Origin: Clostridium sp.
Lineage (GTDB): Bacteria > Bacillota > Clostridia > Lachnospirales > Lachnospiraceae
Direction of reading: 5' to 3'
DNA: 64,000 bases
Assembly (NCBI GenBank): GCA_023664605.1
Contig: JAMPFF010000010.1
Span: 13,174 to 77,173, forward strand
This document shows positions 49,101 through 56,647 of this stretch, piece after piece. A program made the position numbers and the translations under genes. The notes below the pieces were generated by a model, which saw only the letters and a program-made list of their open reading frames with translations, was not told the DNA's origin and made no database searches. How positions within the stretch are numbered: the stretch's first letter is position 1; each line of letters begins with the position of its first letter.

Positions 49101-49458
49101 CACAAAATTCAAAGAGATCCCTTAAGGCAATAACAGCCTCATCTCTTTTTATATTACTATTTGTATGAACAGCAACATTTCCGAGGTGAATCGTATATTT
49201 TAACATAGGAAAAAGCCGCGGTTCAATGATATCGCGAAATGTCCGTTCATGAATCAGGCTGGAAACATTATCCTGATAGGGCAGTTTCAATTCCGCATCA
49301 TAAGAATATACAAACCGCACTGCCAGTTCCAAAGCACGTCTTGATAATATAGCACAGGTTGCCGGAGAAATAGCAATACTCTTTTCCGCTTCCACTGCCT
49401 GCACGGCAAAATCTGCATATTCCTTTTTTTCTAATAAATAGTCAAAGTTAGTCTCCAT
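46108..49458 (-). CDS. hsdR: Type I restriction enzyme R subunit (N-terminal DUF4145-like region)
   Basis: YVDYVLW...VVEAKK nuclease motif, QATGSGKT, DEVH, MTATP, SVDMLDTGID, QMIGRGTR. Confidence 0.95.
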   Translation of the reverse strand: METNFDYLLEKKEYADFAVQAVEAEKSIAISPATCAILSRRALELAVRFVYSYDAELKLPYQDNVSSLIHERTFRDIIEPRLFPMLKYTIHLGNVAVHTNSNIKRDEAVIALRDLFEFCDWIDYSYSKEYEERTFDESILSSGDEKRIKADELKLLYENLSSKDKKLAEVLKENESLRRQMTEERKHHTQTREFHIDTISEAETRKKYIDVELQEAGWIIGRNCTVEEPVTGMPNSTKIGYVDYVLWGKDNLPLAVVEAKKASVNAMVGNQQAKLYADCMQNRYGRRPLIYTTNGFEFFYTNDYMGYASREVSGFFTQNELQLEIDRRKQRKPLENIEISDAITNRPYQKEAVTAVCDAIAKKHRKMLIVQATGSGKTRVSISVVDVLRRHNYVKNILFLADRTALVRQAKNSYTNLLSDLPCCNLLDSKDDPESSRMIFSTYPTMMNAIDEKKNKFGERLFSPGHFDLIICDEVHRSIYRKYREVFEYFDALLLGMTATPKNEIDKNTYSIFDLERGVPTFAYELEKAVEEGYLVTYSTLEYKTKIMEDGIHYDDLSDEEKEEYEETFGEDEAIEDDIASSAINSWLFNTDTIDKVLKELMEKGLKIEGGDKLGKTIIFAKNSLHAQIIVKRFNVLFPECGGDFIKQIDYSIKYCDSLIDDFSIKNTMPQIAVSVDMLDTGIDIPEILNLVFFKKVRSYAKFWQMIGRGTRLCPNLLGEGIDKERFLIFDFCNNFEYFRVNKNGSETGIQETLCEKIYNIKAQICRELQSSSFMTDEYYVSYRNNLADDLHQSVMELNNGSFMVKRHLRYVEMYRSRSSWNNLESVEISEIKEHIAPLVKPKKEDELARRFDYLIYSIDLGILQSKKIQTPVNIVIQTAQRLSAKYAIPQVAEQREVIERVQQAEFWEQATIMELDTVRVAMRELLQYLDKIVQRVYYTNFADTIVDAAKGEPIYDSSDLQNYRKKVEFYLKEHSDRISVYKLRNNKQLSESDLKELERILWQELGSKEDYVKEYGDTPVGRLVRRIIGVDRTAVNEAFSEFLKEERLNINQIRFVNLIVDYIVANGNIDDNKVLMEEPFRSVGSITTLFKDDMKTAKQIMEVVENIKRNSEEIA

Positions 49459-49525
49459 GGATACCCGCCTTTTTACATTTGTATCTTTATCTTTTATCTG
49501 TGTTCTGGTAAAATCCTGTCATTTT

Positions 49526-50131
49526 TCAAAGGCTTTCCGTTTTATATACTGAATAGCCTTCATAATAATAACTGTAGTCAATACCTTTCATATATACTTC
49601 GCGGTCATCGACTTTATCGGTCAACGCACTTTTTAATAGACATTTTATCTCCGTGTCCTTAATCGGACTTCTTTCCATTGCCAGTAAGTAATCATCCTTA
49701 TCAATCTTACTCCAGTCAACCACCATGTGAAGTTCCTGCTTCATCATCAAATCCAGCCATATCCGCACGCTTCTGCCATTTCCTTCACGGAAAGGATGCG
49801 CCACATTCATTTCAACATATTTTGCAACAATCTCATCAAAGGTCGATTGGGGCATTTCCTCAATATTTCTAAGCGCATCATTCAAATACATAACCGGTAC
49901 AAATCTAAAATTCCCCTTTGCAATATTAACATTTCTTATCTTGCCTGCAAAATCATAAATTTCTTCAAAAAGAAACTTGTGTATCTTTAAAAGACTATCC
50001 AGCGTACCGGCTTTCAAAGTATATAAATATCCGTTTTCAAATAATAAAGCCGCTCTCTTTTTACTGATTTTTTCTTCTACCCGGGCAAGTTCCGAGGAAT
50101 CGGTTATATTAAATTGATTTTCAAGCGACAT
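49526..50131 (-). CDS. Class III Fic-domain AMP transferase
   Basis: HPFREGNGRSVR catalytic loop plus C-terminal inhibitory SYYYEG, as in Neisseria NmFic. Confidence 0.9.
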   Translation of the reverse strand: MSLENQFNITDSSELARVEEKISKKRAALLFENGYLYTLKAGTLDSLLKIHKFLFEEIYDFAGKIRNVNIAKGNFRFVPVMYLNDALRNIEEMPQSTFDEIVAKYVEMNVAHPFREGNGRSVRIWLDLMMKQELHMVVDWSKIDKDDYLLAMERSPIKDTEIKCLLKSALTDKVDDREVYMKGIDYSYYYEGYSVYKTESL

Positions 50132-50146
50132 AACAGCCTGCCTTTC

Positions 50147-50206
50147 CTATATTTCAATAATCATATCGCAAACGGATTGCTTGGGCATCCTATCTTTATT
50201 ATCCAT
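50147..50206 (-). pseudogene. Probable remnant of a HEPN/DUF86 toxin gene (19 codons)
   Basis: ATG overlaps the MNT stop (ATGGATAA) with the coupling expected for the partner gene; MDNKDR start then stop after 19 aa. Identity is inferred from context. Confidence 0.4.
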
Positions 50207-50498
50207 AAATCACCATTCCACTCTGCTTAATTTCCTTGTCAATTTCTGAATTTGGAATAATCTGTGATACATCAAACAAATCAACATTTTTTTCCAAAGA
50301 TGTCACAACATCTTCAAGCAATCCAAAAAAAGCAAGTCCTTTTAACCCACTATCAACCATAATATCAATATCGCTCTGCTCTTTTGCAAATCCCTTTGCA
50401 TAAGAACCAAAAAGAATTGCCTTTTTTACATTATAATCAGAAAATATTGGCTGCAATATCATCTGTATTTGTTGTATTGTATATATTTTATTCTGCAT
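50199..50498 (-). CDS. Minimal nucleotidyltransferase (MNT, antitoxin-type)
   Basis: ILFGSYAKG...SDIDI; about 99 aa from MQNK. Confidence 0.88.
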   Translation of the reverse strand: MQNKIYTIQQIQMILQPIFSDYNVKKAILFGSYAKGFAKEQSDIDIMVDSGLKGLAFFGLLEDVVTSLEKNVDLFDVSQIIPNSEIDKEIKQSGMVIYG

Positions 50499-50556
50499 AA
50501 TATCTCCTATTGTCCCAAGCATTATTACATAAAGTTCAACTATAACTTTTGAAATA

Positions 50557-50835
50557 TCAGCAATAATATGTTATTTCTCCAAAAAAATCAATCCATTTTT
50601 GAATTACTTCACTGCTACGGGCTTCAATAATTCTCATAATATTACGCAATACTTTGGGAGGTATGCTAGAATTATTATGTGCCAGCAAACATTTTCCGGA
50701 AGCTGTAATCCATACTTTGGTTGCGCTTTCCGATGGGTTTCCTTCTGAGATATGCACATGAACAGGTTCATTTGGTCTGCCCTCATTTGCCCAAAAATAT
50801 ACCCAATAAGAACCAATTCTAAAAACCTGAGGCAT
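50557..50835 (-). CDS. DUF4160-family protein
   Basis: MPQVFRIGSYWVYFWANEGRPNEPVHVHI. Confidence 0.8.
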   Translation of the reverse strand: MPQVFRIGSYWVYFWANEGRPNEPVHVHISEGNPSESATKVWITASGKCLLAHNNSSIPPKVLRNIMRIIEARSSEVIQKWIDFFGEITYYC

Positions 50836-51088
50836 TCATAAATCCCCCTTCTTTTGAAAACTCAATTATCAAATGTGCCGTAGACTTGATAATATCCATA
50901 AAATAATTAACTTCATCTTCTGAATATCCATTAATTTCCATACGATAGGATGGCAAATAGCAGGTCATACTATGAAAACAATCTCTTTCATTGGGCGTTT
51001 CAATATAAACCTTTACCTCACCATTTTCTAATTGTTCTGAATGGACAATCTCCGTATTATCTTCTAACGTCATAAATGGATACATCAT
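50819..51088 (-). CDS. Small acidic hypothetical protein coupled to DUF4160
   Basis: Likely start MMYPF after GGAG; overlaps the DUF4160 start by 17 nt. Confidence 0.75.
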   Translation of the reverse strand: MMYPFMTLEDNTEIVHSEQLENGEVKVYIETPNERDCFHSMTCYLPSYRMEINGYSEDEVNYFMDIIKSTAHLIIEFSKEGGFMNASGF

Positions 51089-51122
51089 AACTACTTCTCC
51101 TTCCAATTACCAGATTATTTTT

Positions 51123-51331
51123 AAGTGATTGCAACACCCTGTTTTTCAAAACGTCCGTTGTGTAATATAGACAAATCAACGCAGGCACGCTCGCGCTGCT
51201 TGTCGCTCACAGCGGTGCTAAGCTCGAAAAAACCTCGCTAAGCGCCGGTGGCTCCAAAGCACCTTGCTTATGATATTGTCTATATTACGCAACTAGATTT
51301 TGAAATTACGCATTTTCACAATTACCTGACT
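51123..51331. repeat. Nested palindromic intergenic element C
   Basis: IR GTTGTGTAATATAGACAAATCA (51157-51178)/TGATATTGTCTATATTACGCAAC (51271-51293), outer TTTCAAAA/TTTTGAAA; right end reverse-complements to TCAGGTAATTGTGAAA, like the end of element B. Confidence 0.7.
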
Positions 51332-51340
51332 AAATTATTC

Positions 51341-52498
51341 CTACCCGAAATATTTCTGCATCAAAGAATCCATCAAGGTCTGGGTTTCATCTAAGGATTT
51401 TTGTATTTCAAGTTTCAGTTTGTCTACTTGACGGACAAATGCGGCAAATTGGTTTTGGATATCTATAGGCGGCATAGGAACTTTAAATTTTCTGAACTCT
51501 CCCATTGATACTCTTGGCATTTTTGCTCCAGCAACTTTTTTATTAATCATATTTACAAATTCATCACTTCTCAGCATAAAGGCTAAATACTCACGATTTA
51601 TTTTTGACATCACTGGCTGCAATGAAACCAATTCTGATGTGGCATAACCACATCTATCCGGAATTACAACTTTATTTAAATATGGTCTAAGTTTTGAATA
51701 CAACACATTGCTCGTATCAAATGTACATGTAGAATTTCCAACTTTATTTTTAGATACTATTAAATAATCTATTATTCTTCCTGTCTGTGCTTCTACCATA
51801 TCAAGATTTAATAACCACACTTTATCTTCAAAATCACCTGAATAATTTATTGCTGGAGCAACATCATTCATTAACTCTGTTTTCCATCCTTTAGAATTAG
51901 AAACAGGGTAACCAAACATTTCCACAAACCGGGATTTGATTAAAAGATTAAATTCTTGAATCTGCTTTTTATACAAAGAAATTAACCCATTTGTTCTGTC
52001 TAATATCTCAACAACTTCTTTTTGCTCTACTAACTCAGGCAGATTTATTTTAATTTTCTTTAAATCAGAAACCGCAAAACTAGCTTGATTCACTGACTTT
52101 TTTGTAATTCTCATAATTTGTTCTTTAAAAATATAAGAAGAAAAATAATATTTTGCATATTTTGGATTCATTAAAGAAGAATTAGCTTTAAGTCTTAATA
52201 AATTCATTCCGTGAATTATTTTCTCATTTCCCATTTTTTCATATAATACAGTTCTTCCTAAATACTGAATACTATTAATATGCGACATTAATAAATCACT
52301 GTCTTCAAGCACATACGAAGCATATTTATCCAAATTATCAATTCCAGCATATCCCATTTTATCACGGTTAAATTGATTATTAGATATTGTTTCAATTCGA
52401 GTAATTGGATATCCTCCCTCCATAACACCTTGTTTTATATTTGCCCCATTTTGAATATGATAAAAACATTCTTCAACAGTTTTTATTTTCATTTTCAT
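51341..52498 (-). CDS. hsdS: Type I R-M specificity subunit (two TRDs)
   Basis: Conserved regions LPELVEQKEVV...KSRFVEMFG and PPIDIQNQF...SLMQKYFG flank two variable TRDs. Confidence 0.93.
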   Translation of the reverse strand: MKMKIKTVEECFYHIQNGANIKQGVMEGGYPITRIETISNNQFNRDKMGYAGIDNLDKYASYVLEDSDLLMSHINSIQYLGRTVLYEKMGNEKIIHGMNLLRLKANSSLMNPKYAKYYFSSYIFKEQIMRITKKSVNQASFAVSDLKKIKINLPELVEQKEVVEILDRTNGLISLYKKQIQEFNLLIKSRFVEMFGYPVSNSKGWKTELMNDVAPAINYSGDFEDKVWLLNLDMVEAQTGRIIDYLIVSKNKVGNSTCTFDTSNVLYSKLRPYLNKVVIPDRCGYATSELVSLQPVMSKINREYLAFMLRSDEFVNMINKKVAGAKMPRVSMGEFRKFKVPMPPIDIQNQFAAFVRQVDKLKLEIQKSLDETQTLMDSLMQKYFG

Positions 52499-52527
52499 TT
52501 TCTCGCATCCCCACAAATCGGAATTTC

Positions 52528-52662
52528 CTATAATATAGCAAATGTCTCTTTCTCTAACAACGTTTTTGCATCATAACAAACAATTTTACCATCTTCAAAA
52601 TATACATATACTGTATATTCTTCCGTTGGAACTACCTGAACTATTTTAGGGAACATACTCAT
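52528..52662 (-). pseudogene. Truncated DUF2442-like gene (44 aa)
   Basis: Manual translation MSMFPKIVQVVPTEEYTVYVYFEDGKIVCYDAKTLLEKETFAIL-stop; the N-terminus fits the DUF2442 pattern (V.P...Y...v.F.DG) and the C-terminal half is missing. Confidence 0.6.
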
Positions 52663-52994
52663 CCTCACAAATCTTTTTCTTGACACCATTCATTATATCA
52701 CATATTATATATCAAAATAAGCGGTTTTTACCGTATGGTCTCTTAGGCATCAAATAACGTACTCGCTTCTTTTTAGTAGAATATATATATTATACTATAT
52801 TTTATTTATTAATAATAGCTATCTTTCTAATATTGGCACTATAACAGTATGGACTTTCCAATATCGGTTTTATATTGACAAGAAAACTAGCAGCAGGCAG
52901 AAAAAGAAAATTGACAGATAATATCAATACATGATAACATGAATATAAGGGTGAGTGTCTCTTTATTATTCACAAAAATTTCACAATTTGTTCG

Positions 52995-53023
52995 TTGATT
53001 GTTCTTTTAAATCAGCATATAAT
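52995..53023 (+). promoter_or_regulatory. toxIN promoter
   Basis: TTGATT-17-TATAAT directly upstream of the repeat array. Confidence 0.8.
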
Positions 53024-53031
53024 AAAATATA

Positions 53032-53165
53032 AGAAATCAGTGTGATTTCTATAGCGGTGAGTTTCTACCATTATAAATGAAACATTAAAATAGCGTGTGA
53101 TTCCCCACCAGCAAGAGGGAAATGAAAATAGCGTGTGAGCCTACACCACAAAAAAAGGAATAAAA
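53032..53165 (+). ncRNA. toxI: Type III antitoxin RNA (ToxI-like): 5' hairpin plus three 38-39 nt pseudoknot units
   Basis: Units start with ATAGC at 53051, 53090 and 53128; each has S1/S2 H-type pseudoknot pairings; located between the promoter and terminator upstream of toxN. Confidence 0.85.
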
Positions 53166-53167
53166 AT

Positions 53168-53197
53168 AAGGAGCTGGCATAAGTCAGTTCCTTTTTT
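53168..53197 (+). terminator. Intrinsic terminator between toxI and toxN
   Basis: AAGGAGCTGGC-ATAA-GTCAGTTCCTT-TTTT (11-bp stem with two G-U pairs). Confidence 0.88.
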
Positions 53198-53215
53198 ATA
53201 CATAGGAGAAACATT

Positions 53216-53710
53216 ATGAAAATTTACAGAATAAAAGATGAGTATATTGCATTTTTAAGAACTAAAGATTCAAAGGTTTTGACCAATAAAGAAGAACGGC
53301 GTCCCTATGTTGGCATTGTATACTCAATCAATAACTTAAATTATTACATACCATTAACTTCGCCTAAACCAAAACATAAAAAAATGAAAAACACAAAAGA
53401 TTTCCATAAAATAAAAAATGGCGAATACGGAGCAATTAATTTTAATAAAATGCTTCCAGTAAAAGAAGAATGTATAGTGGAATTTAATTTTAAAAATGAG
53501 CAAGATAAAAATTATAGAATGCTTCTACAAAATCAATATAAAGAAATTAGTGCTTTAGAAGATATAATTAAGAAAAAGGCTGAAAATATATATAAACTCT
53601 TCCATACTGATGATTCAGAATTAACAAAAGCAGACTTATCTGTAAAAAATAGATGCTGTGATTTTGATTTATTAGAACAAATGTGCGTGAAATATAGAGA
53701 ACGTCCTTAA
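53216..53710 (+). CDS. toxN: Type III toxin endoribonuclease, ToxN/AbiQ family
   Basis: MKIYRIKDEYIAFLR.KDSKV...RPYVGIV...YYIPLTSPK...AINFNKMLPV; AGGAG RBS. Confidence 0.92.
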   Translation: MKIYRIKDEYIAFLRTKDSKVLTNKEERRPYVGIVYSINNLNYYIPLTSPKPKHKKMKNTKDFHKIKNGEYGAINFNKMLPVKEECIVEFNFKNEQDKNYRMLLQNQYKEISALEDIIKKKAENIYKLFHTDDSELTKADLSVKNRCCDFDLLEQMCVKYRERP

Positions 53711-53732
53711 TTGTACTAAATATAATGCAACA

Positions 53733-53765
53733 ATAAAGGGAACCGCAAAATGAGCCTCCCTTTAT
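53733..53765. terminator. Hairpin between convergent toxN and hsdM
   Basis: ATAAAGGGA...TCCCTTTAT, 9-bp IR. Confidence 0.55.
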
Positions 53766-53790
53766 AAGTATGAGGACTATCCCACTTTCC

Positions 53791-55250
53791 CTACTCCTCA
53801 AGTAATTTTTTCAATTCAGCCATCTGTGTCTGAATCTGTGTTTCAATCTGCTCTATGCGGTTGATAATCACAGCCGGAGAGTCATATTCCACCTTTTCAT
53901 ATACAACCTCTTTATATTTATTGATAGAGAGGTCATAATCGTTTGACACAATTTCTTCTAACGGTACAAAAAAGCTTTGTTCCGTCCTTGCTCTGTCAAC
54001 TTCGCCATTTAGATTATGGAATCTGCTTATAATGTCAGGAATATCACAGTCCGCTGTCTCCTGCCTTTTATCATCCAGACTGTAGCCATCCGCTTTCATA
54101 TCGTAAAACCATACCTTATCAGTACCGCCGGAACCGGTCTTGGTAAACACAAGGATTGCCGTCGAAACTCCTGCATATGGCTTAAACACGCCGCTGGGCA
54201 TGGAAATAACTGCATCCAGTTTATGCCGGGTCAGTATTTCCTTTCTAATCTCTTTATGTGCGTTACTGCTGCCAAACAATACCCCGTCCGGTACAATAAC
54301 TGCCGCTCTTCCGCCCTTTTTCAAAATACGCAAAATAACGCAAGAAAAAGCAATTCTGTCTTTTTGGTCTTAGTAACTTTCAGTAAATCAGCGGATACCG
54401 CCTCATAATCAAGACTTCCTTTAAAAGGCGGATTGGCAAGTACCAATGTATATTTTTCCGTATCCGTATTCTGTTCAGACAGGCTGTCTCTATAAGAAAT
54501 ATCCGGATTATCAACGCCATGTAAAAGCATATTCATAGCGCCGATACGGAGCATCGTTCTATCCATATCATTGCCATAAAACATATCATTATTAAAATGG
54601 TTCCGCAGTTTTGCATCAAAAAACATATCTGCATGATTTTCTCGAAGATACTGCTGCGCTTCAATCAAAAATCCCGCGCTTCCCATAGCCGGATCAATAA
54701 TAATATCATCTGGCTGTGGTTTTACCAACGCCACCATCATCTTAATAATATGTCTTGGCGTCCTAAATTGACCGTTTGTGCCCGCTGTCGCGACTTTTGA
54801 CAATAAATATTCATATAAATCGCCTTTGGAATCTTCCTCACCGAGGTCTAATCTGTCGATTCCATCTACAATCTTAGACAGCATGGCTGCGGTGGGAATC
54901 TTAAAAATGGCATCACCCATATAACGTGCATATGCGGAATCTCCGTCCTGATGCAGATTTTTAATAAACGGGAATACCCCGTTAGCCACAATCTCATACA
55001 TTTCTTCGGCAGAGCCTAAATTCTTAAATTTACTCCATCTGTATTTCTGGCATTCACCCGGAAACATAGATTCAAACGGCACTCCAAGGAAATTGCTCTC
55101 ATTCTCTTTTGTCGTCTCTACCTCGTCCAGCTGTTTAATAAACAGCAAATAAGTAAACTGTTCAATCACATCTAGCGGATTCGTAATCCCGCCAGTCCAG
55201 AAAGTCTCCCATATTCTATCAATTCTATTTCGTATCTCGCCTGTAATCAT
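53791..55250 (-). pseudogene. hsdM: Type I R-M m6A methyltransferase, split by a 1-nt frameshift
   Basis: ORFs 54321-55286 (MITGEI..., DPAMGSAG, NPPF) and 53791-54333 (RILKKGGRAAVIVPDGVLFG) join in frame if one T is added to the T4 run at 54332-54335. Confidence 0.88.
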
Positions 55251-55381
55251 ATTGTTCTCCATATTTATAGTGTTTCTGCTTGGCAAGCCACACTTATACT
55301 TTTATTCACCAGAAAAATTTATTTGTTTAAAAATGCAGTTATATATAATTTATTGTAACACACCCTTACATAGATTTCATC

Positions 55382-55423
55382 AAAAAGAAAAATCGGTTCA
55401 TTTTTGCTCAAAACAAACCGATT
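55382..55423 (-). terminator. Intrinsic terminator after prfA
   Basis: Minus strand AATCGGTT...AACCGATT followed by TTTCTTTTT. Confidence 0.75.
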
Positions 55424-55437
55424 CCTTACAATTATTT

Positions 55438-56511
55438 TCAACTTTCTCCCATTTTAGCTAACTTCGCCGCCTGGTCGGCTGCTATGCAGGCGTCCAGTAT
55501 CTCCTGGATATCCCCGTTCATCACCTTATCCAGCTTATACAATGTCAGGTTAATTCTATGGTCGGTCACGCGCCCCTGCGGGAAGTTATAAGTTCTGATT
55601 TTCTCGGAACGGTCGCCGGTTCCAATCTGGCTTTTCCGAAGTTCCGCTTCCGCATCATGCGCTTTCTGCTGCTCGATATCGTATAATTTTGCACGCAGAA
55701 GCGCAAATGCTTTCGCTTTGTTCTGGAGCTGTGACTTCTCCGTCTGGCTGTATACGACGATGCCCGTCGGATAATGCGTCAGCCGCACCGCTGAATCCGT
55801 CGTATTGACGCACTGGCCGCCGTTTCCGGAAGCGCGCATAACGTCGATTCGGATATCTTTTTCATCAATCTCCACATCCACTTCCTCCGCCTCCGGCATG
55901 ACCGCCACCGTAATTGTGGAAGTATGGATACGCCCGCCGGACTCCGTTTCCGGTACACGCTGTACACGATGTACACCGCTTTCATATTTTAATACGGAAT
56001 AGGCTCCCTGCCCCGTTACCATGAAAGTAACGCTTTTCATGCCGCCGATGCCGATTTCCTCCACTTCCGCAGTCTCCACTTTCCAACGTCTGCTCTCCGC
56101 ATAATGCACATACATACGGTAGATTTCCGCCGCAAATAATGCCGCCTCATCGCCTCCGGCTCCGGCGCGGATTTCCACGATAACGTTTTTATCATCATTC
56201 GGGTCTTTGGGAAGCAGCAAAATCTTTAGCTCATGCTCCAGTTCCTCGATTCTTTTCTTGGATGCGGCAAGCTCCTCTTTTAGCATCTCCCGCATTTCTT
56301 CGTCCGACTCGCTGTCTAACATAGCCAAGCTGTCTTCCACGTCCTGATTGCACTTCCGGTATTCTTTATAAGCGTTCACGATAGGCGTAAGGTCGCTCTG
56401 CTCTTTCATCAGCGCGCGAAAACGCTCCTGATTATTCGCCACGGAAGGCTCGCTCAATTCATTCATAATCTCTTCAAATTTTCTCAGTAAATCATCTAAT
56501 TTATCAAACAT
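55438..56511 (-). CDS. prfA: Peptide chain release factor 1
   Basis: PET motif (RVPETE), [12 protein letters not shown]; start MFDKL. Confidence 0.96.
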   Translation of the reverse strand: MFDKLDDLLRKFEEIMNELSEPSVANNQERFRALMKEQSDLTPIVNAYKEYRKCNQDVEDSLAMLDSESDEEMREMLKEELAASKKRIEELEHELKILLLPKDPNDDKNVIVEIRAGAGGDEAALFAAEIYRMYVHYAESRRWKVETAEVEEIGIGGMKSVTFMVTGQGAYSVLKYESGVHRVQRVPETESGGRIHTSTITVAVMPEAEEVDVEIDEKDIRIDVMRASGNGGQCVNTTDSAVRLTHYPTGIVVYSQTEKSQLQNKAKAFALLRAKLYDIEQQKAHDAEAELRKSQIGTGDRSEKIRTYNFPQGRVTDHRINLTLYKLDKVMNGDIQEILDACIAADQAAKLAKMGES

Positions 56512-56647
56512 CCTAATTTCCATGCCTTTCTTTCAACCTGCGGCTTCTATAGGCTAAAGCGCTAACAGTGCTAAAACAATATCCGCAGAACAATACATTT
56601 TTCAACCTAATCTCTATTCTAAAACACGCTGTCATAAGACATTGCCG

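Noticed and set aside
51341-52498. Invertible hsdS shufflon
   Set aside because: Only one hsdS, no second TRD cassette, no recombinase and no flanking IRs around the TRDs.
52870-52965. Extra TTGACA hexamers and an ATAAGGGTGAGTGTCT motif resembling a fourth ToxI unit
   Set aside because: It lies upstream of the toxI promoter, lacks the S1/S2 partners and has no good -10; it may be chance in AT-rich DNA.
53032-53165. CRISPR array
   Set aside because: Only three units with no repeat-spacer alternation and no cas genes; the promoter-array-terminator-toxN layout fits toxI.
46099-55440. TATTTTCA present near both ends of the defence island as a possible att/target duplication
   Set aside because: An 8-nt AT-rich match is expected by chance, and there is no integrase.
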